The notes under the pieces: model-generated
Databases searched by the model: none
Told to the model about the DNA's origin: nothing
What the model saw: only the letters and a program-made list of their open reading frames with translations
Part shown: positions 1-9,840 of the stretch, piece after piece
How the letters are laid out: each line of letters opens with the position of its first letter
Numbering within the stretch: the stretch's first letter is position 1
Program-made: the position numbers and the translations under genes
DNA from: Candidatus Latescibacterota bacterium
GTDB taxonomy: Bacteria > Latescibacterota > UBA2968 > UBA8231
Assembly: GCA_965204725.1 (NCBI GenBank)
Contig: OZ242005.1
Coordinates: 5,248,001-5,312,000 of the forward strand
Direction of reading: 5' to 3'
Length of the DNA stretch: 64,000 bases

Positions 1-734
1 TCGTAGATGGCCAACACGTCGCCTTGGCGCAAAAGTGCCTGCACGGCCGCGAGAAAGTGCGGGCGGCACATCCGCATGCCCCCAGCGCCCTGTACCAGCG
101 GCTCGAGTATCATGGCCGCGTACTGGCCGGGCCGGCGCACCAGCAGCTCCTCCAGCCGGGCCAGTGCCCGCTCCTCTTTGGCCTCCACCTCCTCATCGCC
201 TTCCCAAGTGGCCGGAAAGGGCACGGCGTCTGTCGGAAAGAGCAAGTCGGAAAAAGGGCGCGTAAAAAGCGAGCGTTCCCCCACCGACATCGCCCCGAGC
301 GTGTCGCCGTGATAGGCCCCCTCCAAGCGCAAAAAGCGCGTGCGCGTGTGCTCGCCTTGGTTGTGCCAAAACTGATAGGCCAGCTTGAGCGCAACCTCCA
401 CGGCCGTCGAGCCATCGTCCGAGTAGAAAACCCACTTTAGCGGCGCGGGCAGGGCCTCGACCAGCCGCCGGGCTAGCGCTTCGGCCGGGCGATGGGTAAA
501 TCCGGCCGCGATGACCTGTTCCAGCTCTTGGGCCTGCGCGGCCACGGCCGCGGCGATCTCGGGCTGACCGTGGCCGTGCAAGGTCACCCACCAGCTCGAA
601 ATGCAGTCGAGGATCTGCCGCCCATCCTCTAGCACTAGCACCGCCCCGCGGCCCGTGCGTACCTGCGGCATCGGCCGTTCCGCCTTCATCTGGGTAAAAG
701 GCGACCACACGTGGGTAGCAATGCGCTCAGCCAT
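1..734 (-). CDS. bioA: Adenosylmethionine-8-amino-7-oxononanoate aminotransferase (3' end runs off the window)
   Basis: Not in ORF track; manual translation from ATG 734: MAERIATHVWSPFTQM...DCISSWWVTLHGH...FYSDDGSTAVEVALK...AYHGDTLGAMSVG...EPLVQGAGGM; overlaps bioD stop. Confidence 0.95.
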   Translation of the reverse strand, partial: MAERIATHVWSPFTQMKAERPMPQVRTGRGAVLVLEDGRQILDCISSWWVTLHGHGQPEIAAAVAAQAQELEQVIAAGFTHRPAEALARRLVEALPAPLKWVFYSDDGSTAVEVALKLAYQFWHNQGEHTRTRFLRLEGAYHGDTLGAMSVGERSLFTRPFSDLLFPTDAVPFPATWEGDEEVEAKEERALARLEELLVRRPGQYAAMILEPLVQGAGGMRMCRPHFLAAVQALLRQGDVLAIY

Positions 735-1350
735 GACGGCCAAAATAGCGAGCAAACAGCACCCGGATGTTGGGGGGCGACAGCGGTACTCGGCGATCGA
801 TCTCGGCCAGCACCGACGCGTTTCCATAGTGGGCAATCGCGCGGCAATTGGCTGGGTTGGGGGGGCCGTTGACCACCACGCCCACGAGCGGACAACCGCC
901 GCGGCGCAGTTGATCAAGCGTCAATAGCGTGTGATTGATGGTGCCCAATTCGCTGCGCGCCACCACCAGCACCGGCAGCCCCAGCGCGGCCATCAGATCG
1001 ATCATCAGGTGCCGGTCGTTGAGCGGGACCATCACGCCGCCCGCCCCTTCGACGATCAAACGCTTTCGCTCGGGCAGCGCGAAGCGGCTCATCTCAATCT
1101 GTACGCCCTCGCGCCGGGCGGCCTCGTGCGGCGACAGGGGGGCGCGCAAGCGATAGGTCTCCGGCAGGACGCGCTCGGCCGGCAGGTCGGTGACGCGCCG
1201 CACCCAATCGGCGTCGGCCTCACTCCCGCTTTGCACGGGCTTCCAATAGGCGGCTTCCAACCCCACAGCGAGCAAGGCCGCGACGTAGGATTTGCCGACG
1301 CCCGTGTCCGTACCGGTGACGAACAAGCGCGAGGGAAGCTCAGCCGCCAC
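727..1350 (-). CDS. bioD: Dethiobiotin synthase
   Basis: FVTGTDTGVGKS P-loop, YWKPVQSG, VEGAGG, LGTINHTLLT motifs; bio operon context. Confidence 0.96.
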   Translation of the reverse strand: MAAELPSRLFVTGTDTGVGKSYVAALLAVGLEAAYWKPVQSGSEADADWVRRVTDLPAERVLPETYRLRAPLSPHEAARREGVQIEMSRFALPERKRLIVEGAGGVMVPLNDRHLMIDLMAALGLPVLVVARSELGTINHTLLTLDQLRRGGCPLVGVVVNGPPNPANCRAIAHYGNASVLAEIDRRVPLSPPNIRVLFARYFGRHG

Positions 1351-2146
1351 GGTGCCCCGCTTTCTCGACCGCTAGGTAATGAATGGCGCACGTGATCTCC
1401 ACGCCGTTGGGACAATCGCGATCCCAGCCTCGCACGAGTCGGCGCAGTTGCGCCGGGCCGAGGGGGCTTAGCCGCATCGGCGCAGTTGCGCCCGTGCGCT
1501 TGAGGTGGCGCAAAAAGTCGTGCGCGGTTGGGAAGCGCAGCCGGACCACTTGTTCCCATTGGCGCACGGCGACCGGCTCGGCTGCGAAGGCGTGGGCGAC
1601 GGCCGCGAAGGCCGGCAAGGCGTTGGCGGTGCAGGGGACGCCTTGGCGCGCGCATTGGCGGTGCCATTCGGCGTATGAACCCATGCCCGGATAGGAGCAG
1701 AGCAAGTGTCCGCCGGGTTTGAGCGCGGCTAATAGTTGCTTTAGCCCAGCGTGCAAATCGGCGAACCACTGAACCACAAAGCTGGCGCAGATCAAGGCGT
1801 AGTCTCCCTCGCTTCTTAGTTGCTCCCCGTCCAAGACCCGATAGCGGATGTCTGGATGGACTACTTGGGCAGCCATGTTTTGCCGACAATGCGCGACCAT
1901 GGCCGGCGCGAGGTCGGTCAGTTCCAAGCGACGCTCTGGGAAGAGCGCGGCCAAGGACGCGCTCAAAAAGCCCGTGCCGCAGCCGATTTCGAGCACCGGG
2001 CCTTCTACTAGCTGGCCAGCGCACCCGGTGGCGCACTGGGCCAAAGTGGCGGCACCAACGCGCTGCTCCTCGGCGTGGCAATCGTACGTTGAGGAGCAGC
2101 GGGAGAAATTCTCAACGACGCGCGCCTTAAAACTCGCTGCCGTCAT
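1340..2146 (-). CDS. bioC: Malonyl-ACP O-methyltransferase BioC-like
   Basis: FS...YD..A..Q start, VLEIGCGTG SAM motif, QWF, FL.HLK.TGA; ATG 2146 overlaps upstream TGA (ATGA). Confidence 0.88.
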   Translation of the reverse strand: MTAASFKARVVENFSRCSSTYDCHAEEQRVGAATLAQCATGCAGQLVEGPVLEIGCGTGFLSASLAALFPERRLELTDLAPAMVAHCRQNMAAQVVHPDIRYRVLDGEQLRSEGDYALICASFVVQWFADLHAGLKQLLAALKPGGHLLCSYPGMGSYAEWHRQCARQGVPCTANALPAFAAVAHAFAAEPVAVRQWEQVVRLRFPTAHDFLRHLKRTGATAPMRLSPLGPAQLRRLVRGWDRDCPNGVEITCAIHYLAVEKAGHRGG

Positions 2147-2802
2147 ACCGGGTGCATCCCGCGCCAAGCCCGTTCAACGTGCTCCCAACACGCCCTAGGA
2201 TGCGTCAGGGGCAGCGCGTGACCGGCCTCCGCGACGATGGTCAGCGCACTATTGGGCAGCAACGCGCTCAGCTCCTCGGCCCGCTCTACGGGCACCACGC
2301 GGTCGCGGCGACCGTGCAAAATGAGCACCCGCGTTGCGGCCGGTATCGCGGCTAGTTCCAGCACGCTCTCCTGCAACAGTTGCAAATCGCGGCGCAAGCT
2401 AGCCGCGTCAATGGCCTTGGGCCAGTGACGGTCTGGCGGGGCGTCACAACGGGCGTAAAAATCGGCCAATAAGGCCGCTGGCTCGCGTTCCAAGCGGGCG
2501 AGCATCTGCGCTACCGTGCGGCGCGAGCGTCGGGCCTGACGGGCGCACGGCGAGTGAAAGTGGTGAAAGCCGCTGAGGATCGCGATCACGTCCGCCGCCC
2601 ATAGCGACGGCGGCAACAGGTGCGAGCCGAGGGAGTGCGCCAAGACGATGCGGGGCCGGGCCGCGACCGTTGCGACCGGGCCAAAATACCCTCGGTCTGG
2701 GCAGTGCAGCGCGAAGCTGGCGGGCAAGACTTCCCGCCAGCGGTCCCAGCACCCCGCGCCAAAACCCCACCCGTGTTGGGCGACTACGTCAACGATGGCC
2801 AT
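2143..2802 (-). CDS. Alpha/beta-hydrolase, pimeloyl-ACP methyl ester esterase (BioH/BioG-like)
   Basis: HGWG, AHSLG nucleophile elbow, LHGRRD.VVP, GHALP; lies between bioF and bioC; ATG 2802 chosen as start. Confidence 0.8.
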   Translation of the reverse strand: MAIVDVVAQHGWGFGAGCWDRWREVLPASFALHCPDRGYFGPVATVAARPRIVLAHSLGSHLLPPSLWAADVIAILSGFHHFHSPCARQARRSRRTVAQMLARLEREPAALLADFYARCDAPPDRHWPKAIDAASLRRDLQLLQESVLELAAIPAATRVLILHGRRDRVVPVERAEELSALLPNSALTIVAEAGHALPLTHPRACWEHVERAWRGMHPV

Positions 2803-3970
2803 CGCGCCACCGCTGGAGCAGGTCCACCAGCATATCGAGGTCGCTCTGCTGGTGCAGGGCACTGAGCGCCAAGCGCAGCCGCGCCCGGCCCGGCTCGACC
2901 GTGGGCGGGCGAATGGCCGCGGCTAGGACGCCATTTTTTTCTAGATAGGCGTTCAGGGCCAACGCTACGCCCTCCGCGCCCACCATCAGCGGCACGATCT
3001 GCGCGGTCGCCGTCCCGGTATCCCAGCCTTGCGCCCGGAGTGCGCCGCGCAAATAGTTGGCGTGCGCGAGCAAGGTGCGGCGCTGGGCGTCCATTTGCGG
3101 CACCAACTCTAGCGCCGCATTGACCGCGCCCAAAACGGCCGGCGGCAGCGCGGTCGTATAGATAAACCCTGGGCAGCAGTTGACCAAGTACTCCCACACC
3201 TTCTCGCCGCAGGCCACGTATGCCCCAAACGACCCGAGGGCCTTGCCGAACGTGCCGATGGATAGGTCAACGGCCTTGCCGCATGTCAGCCCCATCCCCC
3301 GCTCGCCCAAAACGCCCGTGGCGTGCGCGTCGTCGATGACCAGCAGCGCGTCGAACTCTCCGGCCAATTCGACGAGCGCGTCGATGTCGCTGATGTCGCC
3401 GTCCATGCTAAACACCGATTCGGTGACGATCACCCGGCGCGAGGACGTCGCCGCGCTTTCAGCCAGCAGGGCGCGCAGGTGATCCAAGTCGCCGTGGCGA
3501 TAGCGCCGCAGCCGACCGCGCCCCAAGAGTGCCCCTTGAACCAAGCTGTTGTGGCAGAGCCGGTCGAGCAAGATGAGGGTGCGCCGATCGACCAACGCCG
3601 GCAGCAGCGAAACATTGGCCTGATAGCCCGAATTGAGTACCAGCGCCCGCTCGGTCTGCTTGAGCGCGGCCAAGGTCTGCTCCACTTGGGCAAAGCCCGG
3701 CTGAGAGCCACAAACCAAGCGCGCGGCCGTGGCCCCGGCCCCGTAGTGCTCGACGAATTCAATGGCCCGCGCCCGGACGAGCGGGTGCGACGCCAAGCCG
3801 AGATAATCGTTGGAGCTAAAATTGACCAACTCGCGGCCCTCGGCGCGCACACGCGCCCGGCCGCACGGCTCCCAAGTCCGCAACGACCGCAACTGCCCGG
3901 CCTGTTGCCGCCGCGCCAATTCGGCGCGCATAAAATCGAATTTTGCCGGCATAAAGGGAAGCTGTGCCAA
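2789..3970 (-). CDS. bioF: 8-amino-7-oxononanoate synthase (true start may be ATG 3952)
   Basis: NFSSNDYLGL, SGYQAN, TESVFSMDGD, DDAH, GTFGKALG (PLP Lys), AIRPPTV. Confidence 0.95.
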   Translation of the reverse strand: MAQLPFMPAKFDFMRAELARRQQAGQLRSLRTWEPCGRARVRAEGRELVNFSSNDYLGLASHPLVRARAIEFVEHYGAGATAARLVCGSQPGFAQVEQTLAALKQTERALVLNSGYQANVSLLPALVDRRTLILLDRLCHNSLVQGALLGRGRLRRYRHGDLDHLRALLAESAATSSRRVIVTESVFSMDGDISDIDALVELAGEFDALLVIDDAHATGVLGERGMGLTCGKAVDLSIGTFGKALGSFGAYVACGEKVWEYLVNCCPGFIYTTALPPAVLGAVNAALELVPQMDAQRRTLLAHANYLRGALRAQGWDTGTATAQIVPLMVGAEGVALALNAYLEKNGVLAAAIRPPTVEPGRARLRLALSALHQQSDLDMLVDLLQRWRDGHR

Positions 3971-4063
3971 ATGATTCGCCCTAGCAAGGCGAGCCGCCTA
4001 CAGGCTTGCCGCGCAAGGGGCGTTGCTCTATACTATCGCCTGTGAACGCGCTCCTCCGCTGCC

Positions 4064-4957
4064 ATGGCGACGACCAATAAAATCACTGTTTCTTCGCTCC
4101 AAGCCAAAAAGGAGCGGGGCCAGAAGATCTGCATGTTGACGGCCTACGACTATCCCACGGCTGCGCTCCAAGACGAAGCCGGCCTCGACGTGATCTTGGT
4201 CGGCGATTCTGTGGGGACCAACGTCTTGGGGTATCGCGGCCCGCAGCAGGTGACCATGGACGACATCCTCCACCACCTGCGGGCGGTGCGCCGGGCGGTG
4301 CGCCGGGCCTTTCTCCTCGCCGATCTGCCCTTTATGTCCTTTCAGCCGTCGGTCGAAGCCGCGGTCCAAAACGCCGGGCGCCTAGTCCAAGAAGGCGGGG
4401 CCGAAGGCGTCAAATTAGAGGGCGGTCTGCCGGTCTTGCCGCAGCTAAAGGCCATTGTTGACGCCGGCGTTCCGGTCGTCGGCCACCTCGGGTTTACCCC
4501 GCAGTCCCAAGCCCGCGAATTTTACTTGTTCAGCGACCGGCGCGGCACCGTGCCCAAGTTTCACGGCAAAGGGCCAAAGGGTGCCCAAGCCCTCGTCGAG
4601 CAAGCCCTGCGCCTAGAGGACGCTGGCGTGTTCTCCTTGGTCCTAGAGATGGTCACCGAAGAAGCCGCCCAAGCCGTGGCCGAGCGGCTCAAAATTCCGG
4701 TCGTCGGCATCGGCGCGGGCCGCTATTGCGACGGCCAAGTGCTAATCGTCCACGATCTCGTCGGCCTCAACGAAGAGGCCCTAATCCTGACCAAGGCCTA
4801 CGGCCAAACGCGCCAAGTTTGGGTCGAAATGTTCAAAACCTACTGCCGAGAAGTCGCGGCTGGCCTCTTTCCCACGGCCGAAAACACAGCGCACATGGCC
4901 CCGGAAAAACGCGCCCGACTAGACCAAATGCTCAGCGAGCGTGCCCCGAGTCCCTGA
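4064..4957 (+). CDS. panB: 3-methyl-2-oxobutanoate hydroxymethyltransferase
   Basis: MLTAYD, ILVGDS, ADLPFMSF, VKLEGG, GHLGFTPQS, GIGAG..CDGQVL. Confidence 0.95.
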   Translation: MATTNKITVSSLQAKKERGQKICMLTAYDYPTAALQDEAGLDVILVGDSVGTNVLGYRGPQQVTMDDILHHLRAVRRAVRRAFLLADLPFMSFQPSVEAAVQNAGRLVQEGGAEGVKLEGGLPVLPQLKAIVDAGVPVVGHLGFTPQSQAREFYLFSDRRGTVPKFHGKGPKGAQALVEQALRLEDAGVFSLVLEMVTEEAAQAVAERLKIPVVGIGAGRYCDGQVLIVHDLVGLNEEALILTKAYGQTRQVWVEMFKTYCREVAAGLFPTAENTAHMAPEKRARLDQMLSERAPSP

Positions 4958-4979
4958 GCCTTCGAGAGGAGAGTTTCCC

Positions 4980-6497
4980 ATGCGCCTATTCTACGCCGCC
5001 GCCCTGATTTTGTGGGCTGTTGCCCCGGCCTTGGCCCAAGACGCCGACCAAAGCTGGATCCGAGAAAGCATCGCCAGCTTGGATGCTGCGTTTGGGTCCA
5101 TCGTCGCGGCGATGGCCGCCGTTCTCTTCGCCGACCTAGGGACGAAAATTCCCCTCATTATATGGGCGCTCGTCCTAGGCGGCATCTACTATTCGTTCTA
5201 TTTTGGCTGGATTTCCCTGCGCGGCTTCCGCCATGCCATCGACGTCCTCCGAGGCCGCTACGACGACCCCAACGATCCCGGGGAAATCTCCCATTTCCAA
5301 GCCCTCACCAGCGCCCTGTCGGCCACCATTGGTCTCGGCAACATCGCCGGCGTCGCCATTGCCGTCAGCTTGGGCGGGCCGGGCGCGGTCTTTTGGATGC
5401 TCCTGACCGCCTTGTTCGGCATGTCCTCCAAGCTGGCCTCCTGCACCCTAGCCGTCATGTATCGCAAAATTCACCCCGACGGTCGCATCTCCGGTGGGCC
5501 GATGTACTACCTAGAGCACGGGCTGGCCAGTAAGGGGCTCAAGTCGTTGGGGCGCGTGTTCGCCATTCTGTTCGCCATCTTTACCATCGGCGGCTCCATC
5601 GGCGGCGGCAACATGTTCCAAGTCAACCAGACGGTCGAGATCCTCAGCACCGTATCGCCGGCTGTGGGGGACTACAACTGGGCCTTTGGCCTCCTCTTCG
5701 CCTTGCTGGTCTCCTTGGTCATCATCGGCGGCATCAAGCGGATTGGCCGCGTCACCTCGCGGATCGTGCCCTTCATGTGCCTGCTCTACGTGGCCGCCTC
5801 CCTCGTCATCATTCTGTCGCACCTCGGCGAGGTGCCCGCCATGATCGCGACCATCTTCCGCGAAGCCTTCTCGCCGCAAGCCCTGTACGGCGGCTTTTTG
5901 GGCGTCCTAATCGTCGGCGTCAAGCGCGCGGCCTTTTCCAACGAGGCCGGCCTCGGGTCTGCGGCCTTTGCCCACGCTGCGGCCCGCACCAACGAGCCGG
6001 CACGCGAGGGCATGGTCGCGATGATCGGCCCCTTCATAGACACGATCGTAATCTGCTTGATGACCGCCTTGGTCTGCATGATTACCGGGGTGTACACCGA
6101 TCCTCAGTTCCAAGCGAGCGAAGGCTTTATCGTGGGGGCCAAAATGACCGCGGCGGCCTTTGATTCGTTCCTGCCCGGTGCCCGCTATGTCCTCGCCATC
6201 GGCGTCATGCTCTTTGCGTTCTCAACGATGATTTCTTGGTCGTATTACGGAGAGCGCGCGTGGGAGTACCTCTTTGGCAGTCAATTCAACCTAATCTACC
6301 GGGTCCTTTTCGTCGTCTTCGTCGTCTTCGGCTCGGTCGTCACGCTTAAAAACGTGCTCGACTTTACCGATATGCTCATCTTGAGCATGGCCTTCCCCAA
6401 CATCATCGGCGGCGTCATCCTCAGCCCGCAGATCAAGGCGTGTCTGCAAGAGTACTGGGATCGGCTAAAAAGCGGTCAGATGACGCGCTACAAATAG
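4980..6497 (+). CDS. Alanine/glycine:cation symporter (AGCS/AlsT family)
   Basis: GEISHFQAL..ALSATIGLGNIAGVA, GGPGAVFWM, GGPMYYL, FSNEAGLGSA, SWSYYG; ATG 4980 after GAGGAG. Confidence 0.93.
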   Translation: MRLFYAAALILWAVAPALAQDADQSWIRESIASLDAAFGSIVAAMAAVLFADLGTKIPLIIWALVLGGIYYSFYFGWISLRGFRHAIDVLRGRYDDPNDPGEISHFQALTSALSATIGLGNIAGVAIAVSLGGPGAVFWMLLTALFGMSSKLASCTLAVMYRKIHPDGRISGGPMYYLEHGLASKGLKSLGRVFAILFAIFTIGGSIGGGNMFQVNQTVEILSTVSPAVGDYNWAFGLLFALLVSLVIIGGIKRIGRVTSRIVPFMCLLYVAASLVIILSHLGEVPAMIATIFREAFSPQALYGGFLGVLIVGVKRAAFSNEAGLGSAAFAHAAARTNEPAREGMVAMIGPFIDTIVICLMTALVCMITGVYTDPQFQASEGFIVGAKMTAAAFDSFLPGARYVLAIGVMLFAFSTMISWSYYGERAWEYLFGSQFNLIYRVLFVVFVVFGSVVTLKNVLDFTDMLILSMAFPNIIGGVILSPQIKACLQEYWDRLKSGQMTRYK

Positions 6498-6524
6498 CGG
6501 CTCGCGCTGCCCGCGTCCCATTTA

Positions 6525-7631
6525 CTATTGAGAAGCCTGCAACCGCCGCACCCGCGCCGGGGTGTGGTCTTGGCCAATCTCCGCGGAGAGAATGCCCAAC
6601 GAGCGGTCCGCTAGCGGCAGATCCACGCGGACCAACCCGTTGCGGTGCGATTGGCGCAAGGCAATGGCCACTTCGAGGGCGGCTCGACCATCGTCGCCCG
6701 AGCAGCGCGGCGGCGATCCCGTCTCAATGGCGTGAATCAGATCCTCTATAATGGTCAGGCCCATGCCTTGGATGTGCGTTGGATAGGGAAAGGGTACGGA
6801 CGCGGGCACTCCACGTCCCCGGTTGCCGCCCGGAGCCGTGCGGATGTACTCCATTTGGGTGCAATTGGCTAAAGAACGGATGCGGCCCTCGGAGCCAATG
6901 ACGTCGATTTCCCAAGCCGCGACCCCGGTGGGAGTGGCGCGGATAAAGGCGCGGACGCCATTGTCAAAGCAGAGGTAGCCGTTGCCCTGCGGATCGGTTT
7001 CGCCCGCGGCCGCGGCATCCGATTCCATTTCGCCAAAAACCCACTCAACCTGCCCCCCCGCCATGTAGCGCACAATGTCGATGAGGTGGCTGCCGTTGTG
7101 CGACAGGCCGCACTGGGCATAGCCGGTGACTTGGAGGATTTGCCCGAGTGCCCCTTTGTCAATGAGGGCGCGGGCCTCGCTAAAGAACGGGTTCCAGCGG
7201 CGGGCGCAGTTAATGGCCAAGGCCGTGCCGTGTTGGCGGCATACCTCTACCATGGCATCGGCTTCGGCCAAGGTCAGGGCGATGGGCTTTTCGGCCCATA
7301 TTGCCTTGACGCCTGCGCGGGCGCAGTCCTCGACGATCTGCGAGCGAATGCGGGCGGTAGTGCAGACGCTGACCAAGTCGAGGTTTTCTCGCTCCAACAT
7401 TTGGCGGTAGTCGCTGTAGAGATGGTCTCGCGCTAGGCCCCAGCGGTCGCCAAAAATGGCGCGTTGCTCGTCGTGCGGGTCGGCGCCGGCCACCAGTTCC
7501 GCATGGGGTGAAGCGCGGTACGAGGGGGCGTGGCAATAGGGCAGAAAAATGGACCCGCCTTCGCTCATTTCGTCGTCGAACGTGCTGCCCATGCGGCCCA
7601 AGCCGATAACGGCGGCGCGATGCGTAGTCAT
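6525..7631 (-). CDS. Gfo/Idh/MocA family oxidoreductase
   Basis: AAVIGLGRMG Rossmann motif, AEKP, H.ID; ATG 7631 preceded by GGAGGAG. Confidence 0.9.
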   Translation of the reverse strand: MTTHRAAVIGLGRMGSTFDDEMSEGGSIFLPYCHAPSYRASPHAELVAGADPHDEQRAIFGDRWGLARDHLYSDYRQMLERENLDLVSVCTTARIRSQIVEDCARAGVKAIWAEKPIALTLAEADAMVEVCRQHGTALAINCARRWNPFFSEARALIDKGALGQILQVTGYAQCGLSHNGSHLIDIVRYMAGGQVEWVFGEMESDAAAAGETDPQGNGYLCFDNGVRAFIRATPTGVAAWEIDVIGSEGRIRSLANCTQMEYIRTAPGGNRGRGVPASVPFPYPTHIQGMGLTIIEDLIHAIETGSPPRCSGDDGRAALEVAIALRQSHRNGLVRVDLPLADRSLGILSAEIGQDHTPARVRRLQASQ

Positions 7632-7869
7632 GGTCTCCTCCGGCGTTTTGGGTGGGGCTATAAGGGGACTGCCGTCTGGCGACAGTGAATGGAGCATAAC
7701 TCGCAGCGATGGGTGACGCAACGCATTAGGGGTTGGGGGGGTAGCTCATTGACGGCTTCGATGTCAAAATGTTGATTAGGAAGTCGTCCAACAGGCCGCC
7801 GCGTTGCCTCCATCGCAGAGGTCCGAATGCTCAATACAACCCCTACCCATGTTGCCACCCCCGTTTGAT

Positions 7870-9786
7870 ATGCAGCGGCTGAAGAGCGTCTCCCTGCTGC
7901 CCTTTGTCGTCCTCGTCGCCGTGCTCGGCGCAGTGCATGTCTTGGTCCGCACTTCCACCTATGGCGCGACGATCACGCCGGACTCCGTGCTGTACCTGTC
8001 CGTTGCCGCCAATCTCAGTGCCGGAGAGGGCTTACACGATTTCACGGGCGCAGTGCCCCTGTATCATCCGCCTTTCTTTCCCATCCTCCTGTCTGCGGTT
8101 GGTCTGGCCGGTATCGAGCCGGCCGATGCCGGTCGGCTGGTCAACGCCGTTGCCTTTGGCCTGATCATTTTGCTGTCGGGCCTCTATCTGCGCCGAACCC
8201 TCGTCTCGCCCCTCCTTGCGGCCGGCGCGACGCTGGTTCTCGCGACCTCCTTTAACTTCACCCATTTCGCTTCCGGCATCCTGACCGAGCCTTGCTTCAT
8301 CCTGTTCGCGCTCCTCGCCCTGACCCAGATCGAGTCCTTCCTGACCCGAAGAGCCGCTTGGCGGTCCCTCGCGCTCGCGGCCGTGTTCAGCGCCTTGGCC
8401 GCGGCGACGAAGTTCGTGGGCGTAGCGGTGATATTCACGGGAATCCTCATGCTGCTTTTGCGCCGGGAGTGGCCGCTCGCCGCCCGCTTCAAGTCGGCGG
8501 CAAGCTATGGAGGGGTCGCGTCGGCTCCGCTGGCGGTGTTTTTGGTGTACAACTATATGAGCTTCGGGGCACTGGTCAGGGAGTGGCCAAACCCAAAAGA
8601 AGCCGCGTCCCTGTCCCATTCCCTAATTCGCACGGTCTATCTATGCTACCGGGAGATCGTCCCCCCAACCACGCCCGATTGGCTGGCGTATCTCCTCTGG
8701 GCGGCGGGCGGTCTGGTTGGCCTCGGCGCGGTCGTGGTTTGTATGCGGTATAGGAGCGAACTGGCCAAACCGTCCTCCGGCCTCGCGTGGCCGGCTCTCC
8801 CACTGGTCGCGTTTGCCTGCGTGTACTTGGTGTTGATCGTGGTAGTGGTGCCGTTCAAGTTCGGGGCTTCAATCATGCGGATTCGGTTCCTCATGCCATG
8901 CTATGTGCCGCTGGTGCTGTCGGCGGCGATCCTACTGGACCGATTCTTGGCGGTCCGAAGCGAAGGCTGGGCGGCGGCGGTCAAGTGGACTTCAGCCGCC
9001 CTCATACTGATTGGCTGCTGCGCGCTCGTCGGCCGCTCGACCATAAGCAGCCTCGACGCCACGGCGCAGGCTATAGAGTCCGGCTACTTTGGCGACAAGT
9101 ACAATACAGCGTACTGGGACGAGAGCGAGACAATCCGCTACCTGAAAGCCAATCCGACGGACGCGGTGATATACTCCAACCGCAATAGCCTGCTGCACAC
9201 GGTGCTCGCGCTGGATGCCGGGATCAACGTGCGCGGGAAGTATCCCACTTTCCACGACCGGAGCAAACCCCCTGTAATCCCGCAGGACGAAGGCGGCTGG
9301 AGCGGTACGCACTTCGTTTGGCTGCACCAATTCGCATCCTTCTATAAATTCGACGCCGCCGACTTGCGCGCCTTGCCCCAGCTAGAGCCGGGCGCCGAAC
9401 TCGCCGATGGTGCCGTATTCAAAGTCAACAAAGCCTATGACACAGCCGCGTCCCTACGAGCAACGTATAAAGCTGTCGTAGCTGGCGAACCGGCCATCCG
9501 CTCCACCTTTGATGTCTATCTCGGCGAAAGTAATACCCTGACCTACGTCAAACAGCCGTGTACCCGCGCCGATACGGCGGAGCCGTTCTTTCTGCACCTG
9601 TTTCCCGCCCACCGGGAGGACCGGCCCGACGTTGACCGCCTAACCTTTGAATTCGACTGGCGCGGCGTCCGGTTCGACGGCAAGTGCTGGACCGAGCGTG
9701 CGCTGCCCGAATATGCCATCGCCCGCATCCGTACCGGCCAAGGCAAGGCGTGGCAAGCCGAGTTCGACTTGGCCGACGAGAACTGA
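7870..9786 (+). CDS. Polytopic membrane protein, GT-C/PMT (ArnT/GT39-like) glycosyltransferase with soluble C-terminal domain, copy 1
   Basis: TPDS..Y after first TM, HPP.FP, TE..F, many hydrophobic segments; paralogue of 10135..12054. Confidence 0.65.
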   Translation: MQRLKSVSLLPFVVLVAVLGAVHVLVRTSTYGATITPDSVLYLSVAANLSAGEGLHDFTGAVPLYHPPFFPILLSAVGLAGIEPADAGRLVNAVAFGLIILLSGLYLRRTLVSPLLAAGATLVLATSFNFTHFASGILTEPCFILFALLALTQIESFLTRRAAWRSLALAAVFSALAAATKFVGVAVIFTGILMLLLRREWPLAARFKSAASYGGVASAPLAVFLVYNYMSFGALVREWPNPKEAASLSHSLIRTVYLCYREIVPPTTPDWLAYLLWAAGGLVGLGAVVVCMRYRSELAKPSSGLAWPALPLVAFACVYLVLIVVVVPFKFGASIMRIRFLMPCYVPLVLSAAILLDRFLAVRSEGWAAAVKWTSAALILIGCCALVGRSTISSLDATAQAIESGYFGDKYNTAYWDESETIRYLKANPTDAVIYSNRNSLLHTVLALDAGINVRGKYPTFHDRSKPPVIPQDEGGWSGTHFVWLHQFASFYKFDAADLRALPQLEPGAELADGAVFKVNKAYDTAASLRATYKAVVAGEPAIRSTFDVYLGESNTLTYVKQPCTRADTAEPFFLHLFPAHREDRPDVDRLTFEFDWRGVRFDGKCWTERALPEYAIARIRTGQGKAWQAEFDLADEN

Positions 9787-9840
9787 ACTACCCTGCGCTA
9801 GGGCCTTGTGCCCCGGCCTACCTACGAAAGGGAACCAACC

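Noticed and set aside
7654-7770. tRNA-like starts GGGGCTATA and GGGGGGTAGCTCA
   Set aside because: No anticodon arm, T-arm (GTTCGA) or matching acceptor stem follows.
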